Assembly (NCBI RefSeq): GCF_009914755.1
Contig: NC_060925.1
Strand: one strand, 5' to 3'
DNA: 64,000 nt
Origin: the human T2T-CHM13v2.0 reference genome, Homo sapiens
The notes under the pieces were generated by a model. That model worked only from the letters and a program-made list of their open reading frames with translations. It did not search any database and was not told the DNA's origin. A program made the translations under genes and the position numbers. Positions 60,638 through 64,000 of this stretch are shown piece after piece (within the stretch, counting starts at the first letter, position 1; the number at the start of each line of letters is the position of its first letter).

Positions 60638-61845
60638 TTTGTTTTTTTATGCTGAGAGTTTATTATTTCAAAGCAGGTCTTCCCCTACCCACTAAACACT
60701 GCATATAAGAAGAAGCTCAAAACTGCAGTTTCTATTTTGGTACCATCTAGGGTCTATGAAAGTCATTTTCAATTACTTGGAATTTCAAAATAGAGATTCC
60801 CTAGCAACAATGCAGCGGTGGCACACAAAATATTCCTGCACTTTGTTTAGTTTGTGGGAGAAATTGGAAGAATTTCATAGTCTTACAAAAGTTATGTTGG
60901 AAGTAGTTTATTTTTCCCTCTAGGTGGGCAGGCAGCCATCTCTCCAAAGTTTTTGTGAATGCTAAGGTTCAGATTTCAAAATGTAAACAGATTTTCACGA
61001 AGCATCTAAAATGGGCCACTCTATTTCTATTCTGGGTCATGGCAACTCTGAGTTATTTTGTATTCCCACACTGCAAAGGGCAAAACCCCATTCCTTGCAT
61101 GTAAACTTTCAGGAGAAGTGATGCAGCACGATTTTAGGAGTTTCTTGAAGTAGCTAGCGACCTGCAAGTTCAGGTCATTCCAAGAATCTGGCCAGATGGG
61201 AGAAATCTTGAGATCTTGGGCTCCTGAAGGCTTCCTCGTGCCCCATCCAGCTGGTCCTGGGGGATTCGTGGTTGCTGCAGTAGTTGGAGGGTTGCTACTC
61301 TTCACAGCCTGGGTGGTGGGTGCCCTGCTCTCCACCCTGGGAGCCTCCACTGGCTGTCATGCTCCAGGGACTACTGCGGTTCCAAGGCGAGACCTCCACC
61401 CTCCCATGGCACCAGCCTCCAATTTGGCATCGCCCCCCAACTCATCGGTGGAAGCCAGTGAGAGTCCTGCTACACTGGGCCTCACCACCATCCCCAGGCC
61501 CAATGCGGCTGAGCAAGATCTTGGTAGAGCTGGGCTTTGGGATCTGCACCCTGTGCAAGGACAGCCGAGATGAGCTGACTCACCCGCCTTTCCCTTGCTG
61601 GGGTCTGGGGAAGCCAGTGGTAATTACCCAACCCTCTGTGAAAGGCAAGGCTATGGGTCTGCAGGAATGGTGGGAAGACCCTGCCCAGCCTGGAGACTCC
61701 AACCTTCATCCCTGCCCCTTGCCCCACCCCAGTCCCACTCCCTGTCCTCTTCCTGAGTCTCCAGGCAGCTCTCTGGGTTGGCCACCCTCCGTGGGGAGCC
61801 CTGGCATCAAGTCAAGTCCCTCCTCTGCCACTTCCCAGCCCAAAC
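60638..61845 (-). pseudogene. Probable processed retrocopy of an unidentified transcript, inserted into an old L1M
   Basis: Poly(A) remnant (T run 60638-60648) with AATAAA (TTTATT 60659-60664) just 5' on the minus strand; AT-rich 3' part grading into a GC-rich 5' part; L1M sequence continues across the insert. Confidence 0.6.
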
Positions 61846-61849
61846 CACT

Positions 61850-62855
61850 GTGCATTCTTTTATGCCTGGCCCCTTTTACTCAGCTAAATTAGATTGAGAT
61901 TCAAACATGTTTTTGCATGTATCCACTGTTCATTCTTTTTCATTGCTGAGTAGCAAATACCCTCATTATTGTGAATATGTCGCTTTTGTTTATCAACTAA
62001 TCCTTTGATGGGCATTTGGGTTGTTTCCAATTTGAGGCTATTACAAATAAAACTGCTATGAACATTCATGCACAAATCTTTCTATGAACATATGCTTTCA
62101 TTTCACTTCAGTAAAGACTTAAGAGGAAAATGACTGTGTTATATAATAGGTGTATGTTTTACTTCTTAAGAACCTGCCCACCTGTTTCCCAAAATGGTTC
62201 TACCATTTTACATTCCCGTGAGAAGTGTATGGCAGCTCCAGTTGTTGCATAGCCCTGCTGATTATTTGTATGCTCACTTTTTTTAGTTCTAGAGTTGCAG
62301 ATATTTTAATAAATATGCAGTGCTGCATCATTGTGGCTTTAATGTGCATTTTCTTAATGGCTAATGATACGGAACATCTCTCCTTGAGCTCTTCTGCCTT
62401 CATATATCTTCTTTGGTGAATTTTCTGTCCAAATATTTCCTCCATTTTTTTACTATTTAGAGCTATTTGGAATTTTATTACAGGATTTTAAGGGGATGTG
62501 TATATACATATGTATATTTGTGTATGTATATGTGTATATATATATACACATAGTATGTGTATGTACACATGTATGTATGTATATATCTGTGTGTATGTAT
62601 GCATATACATATATATGTATACTCTTGATACAAGCGTCTTGTCAAATAAATGATTTAACATATTTTCTCCAGACTGTGGCTTATCATTTTATTCTCTTAA
62701 AAAAAATTTTTTTAATAGCAGAAATTCTTAATTTTGATAAAGTCCAGTTAGTTGTTTTTTTATTATTTTGTTTTATTTGTCATACCCAAGACATCTTTGC
62801 CTGATTCTAGAACACAAAGATTTTCTCCTATATTTTCTTCTGGAAGTTAATTTTT
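61850..62855 (-). mobile_element. Old L1M 3' region (continues from ~60470-60635), with a TA/TG-rich microsatellite at ~62495-62620
   Basis: GATGGGCATTTGGGTTGTTTCCAATTTGAGGCTATTACAAATAAAACTGCTATGAACATT motif. Confidence 0.75.
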
Positions 62856-62858
62856 GTT

Positions 62859-64000
62859 CAGGCATACCTTGGAAATATTGCCGGTTCAGTTCCAGACTGC
62901 CACAGTAAAGTGAGTCACACATTTTTTTACTTCCCAGTGCATATAAAAGTTATGTTTACACTATACTATAGCTTATTAAATGCACAATAACATTATGTCT
63001 AAAAAACAATGTACATACCTGAGTTAAAAATACTTTATTGCTGAAACATGATAATCATCAGAGCCTTCAGCAATTGGTAATCTTTTTGATGGTAGAGGAT
63101 CTTGCCTTGATGTTGATAGCTGCTGACTGGAGTGGCTGGTACAGTTCCTACTTTTTTTTTTTTTTTTTTTTGAGACAGAGTCCTGCTCTGTTGACCAGAC
63201 TAGAGTGCAGTGGTGTGATCTGGGCTCACTGCAACCTCTGCCTCCTAGGTTCAAGAGATTCTCAAGGTACACTTTTTTGCGATAAGACAACAATCAAGCT
63301 TGCTGCATCAATTGACTCTTCCTTTCACAGAAAATTTCTCTTTAGCATGTGATGCTGTTTGATAGCATTTTACCCACAGTAGAACTTCTTTCAAAATTCG
63401 AGTCAATCATCTAAAAACCTGTCACTCCTCTATCAACCAAGCTTACGGTATATTCTAAATTCTATGTTGTCATTGCAACGATGTTCACAGCATCTTCACC
63501 AGGAGTAGATTCCATCTCAAGAAACCAATTTCTTTGCTCATCCATAAGAAGCAACAACTCATCTGTTCAAGTTTTATCATGTGATTGCAGCAATTCAATC
63601 ACATCTTCAAACTCCACTTATAATTCTAGTGCTCTTGCTATTTCTAACACACCTGTGGTTACTTCTGCCACTGAAGTCTTGAATCCATCCAAAGTCATCC
63701 ATGAGGGTTGGAGTCAACTTCTTCCAAACTTCCCTTTAGTGTGGATATTTTTACCTCCTCCTATGAATCACAAATATTCTTAATGGCATCTAGAATGGTG
63801 AATTCTTTCCAGAGAGTTTCAGTTTACTTTGTCCATCAGAGGAATCACTATTTAAAGCATCTATGGCAGCTATAGCCTTACAAAATGTATTTCTTAAATA
63901 ATAAGACTTGAAGGTGGAAATTACTTCTTGATCTGTGGGCTGCAGAATCAACATTGTGTTAGCAGGTATGAAAACATCAATGTCCTTTATATCTCTATCA
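62859..64000. mobile_element. Tigger1 DNA transposon (runs off window)
   Basis: TIR CAGGCATACCTTGGAAATATTGCCGGTTCAGTTCCAGAC; internal CATCTTCACCAGGAGTAGATTCCATCTCAAGAAACC. Confidence 0.85.
63152..63265 (-). mobile_element. Truncated Alu right arm inside Tigger1
   Basis: Poly(T) then GAGACAGAGTCC...GGTTCAAGAGATTCTC. Confidence 0.85.

Overview
Human genomic DNA from the epidermal differentiation complex (EDC, 1q21.3), recognised from its proteins. Four small two-exon genes lie on the + strand, each with a non-coding exon 1 and the whole CDS in exon 2: LCE1A (CDS 2030-2362), LCE6A (18079-18321), a divergent LCE-like gene I recognise as the only recently annotated LCE7A (35255-35542), and SMCP (59070-59420). 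The rest is repeat-rich: a near full-length dead L1PA element (4847-10937) with TSDs, four 5'-truncated L1 ends, many Alus (including an AluYb8 nested in a MaLR LTR), MER30, MADE1, Tigger1/Tigger3, L2, MIR and old L1M. The most notable items are: (1) the complete LCE7A gene model; (2) three inverted repeats that Alus do not explain - about 300-bp arms upstream of LCE7A, 67-bp arms 2 kb apart in the SMCP intron, and a 40-bp near-perfect hairpin in the same intron; (3) a possible hidden 87-nt intron and 16-nt microexon in the LCE6A 5'UTR; (4) an overlapping uORF that SMCP splicing creates; (5) an unidentified ~1.2-kb retrocopy-like insert downstream of SMCP. All repeat family calls come from remembered consensus sequences, not from searches.
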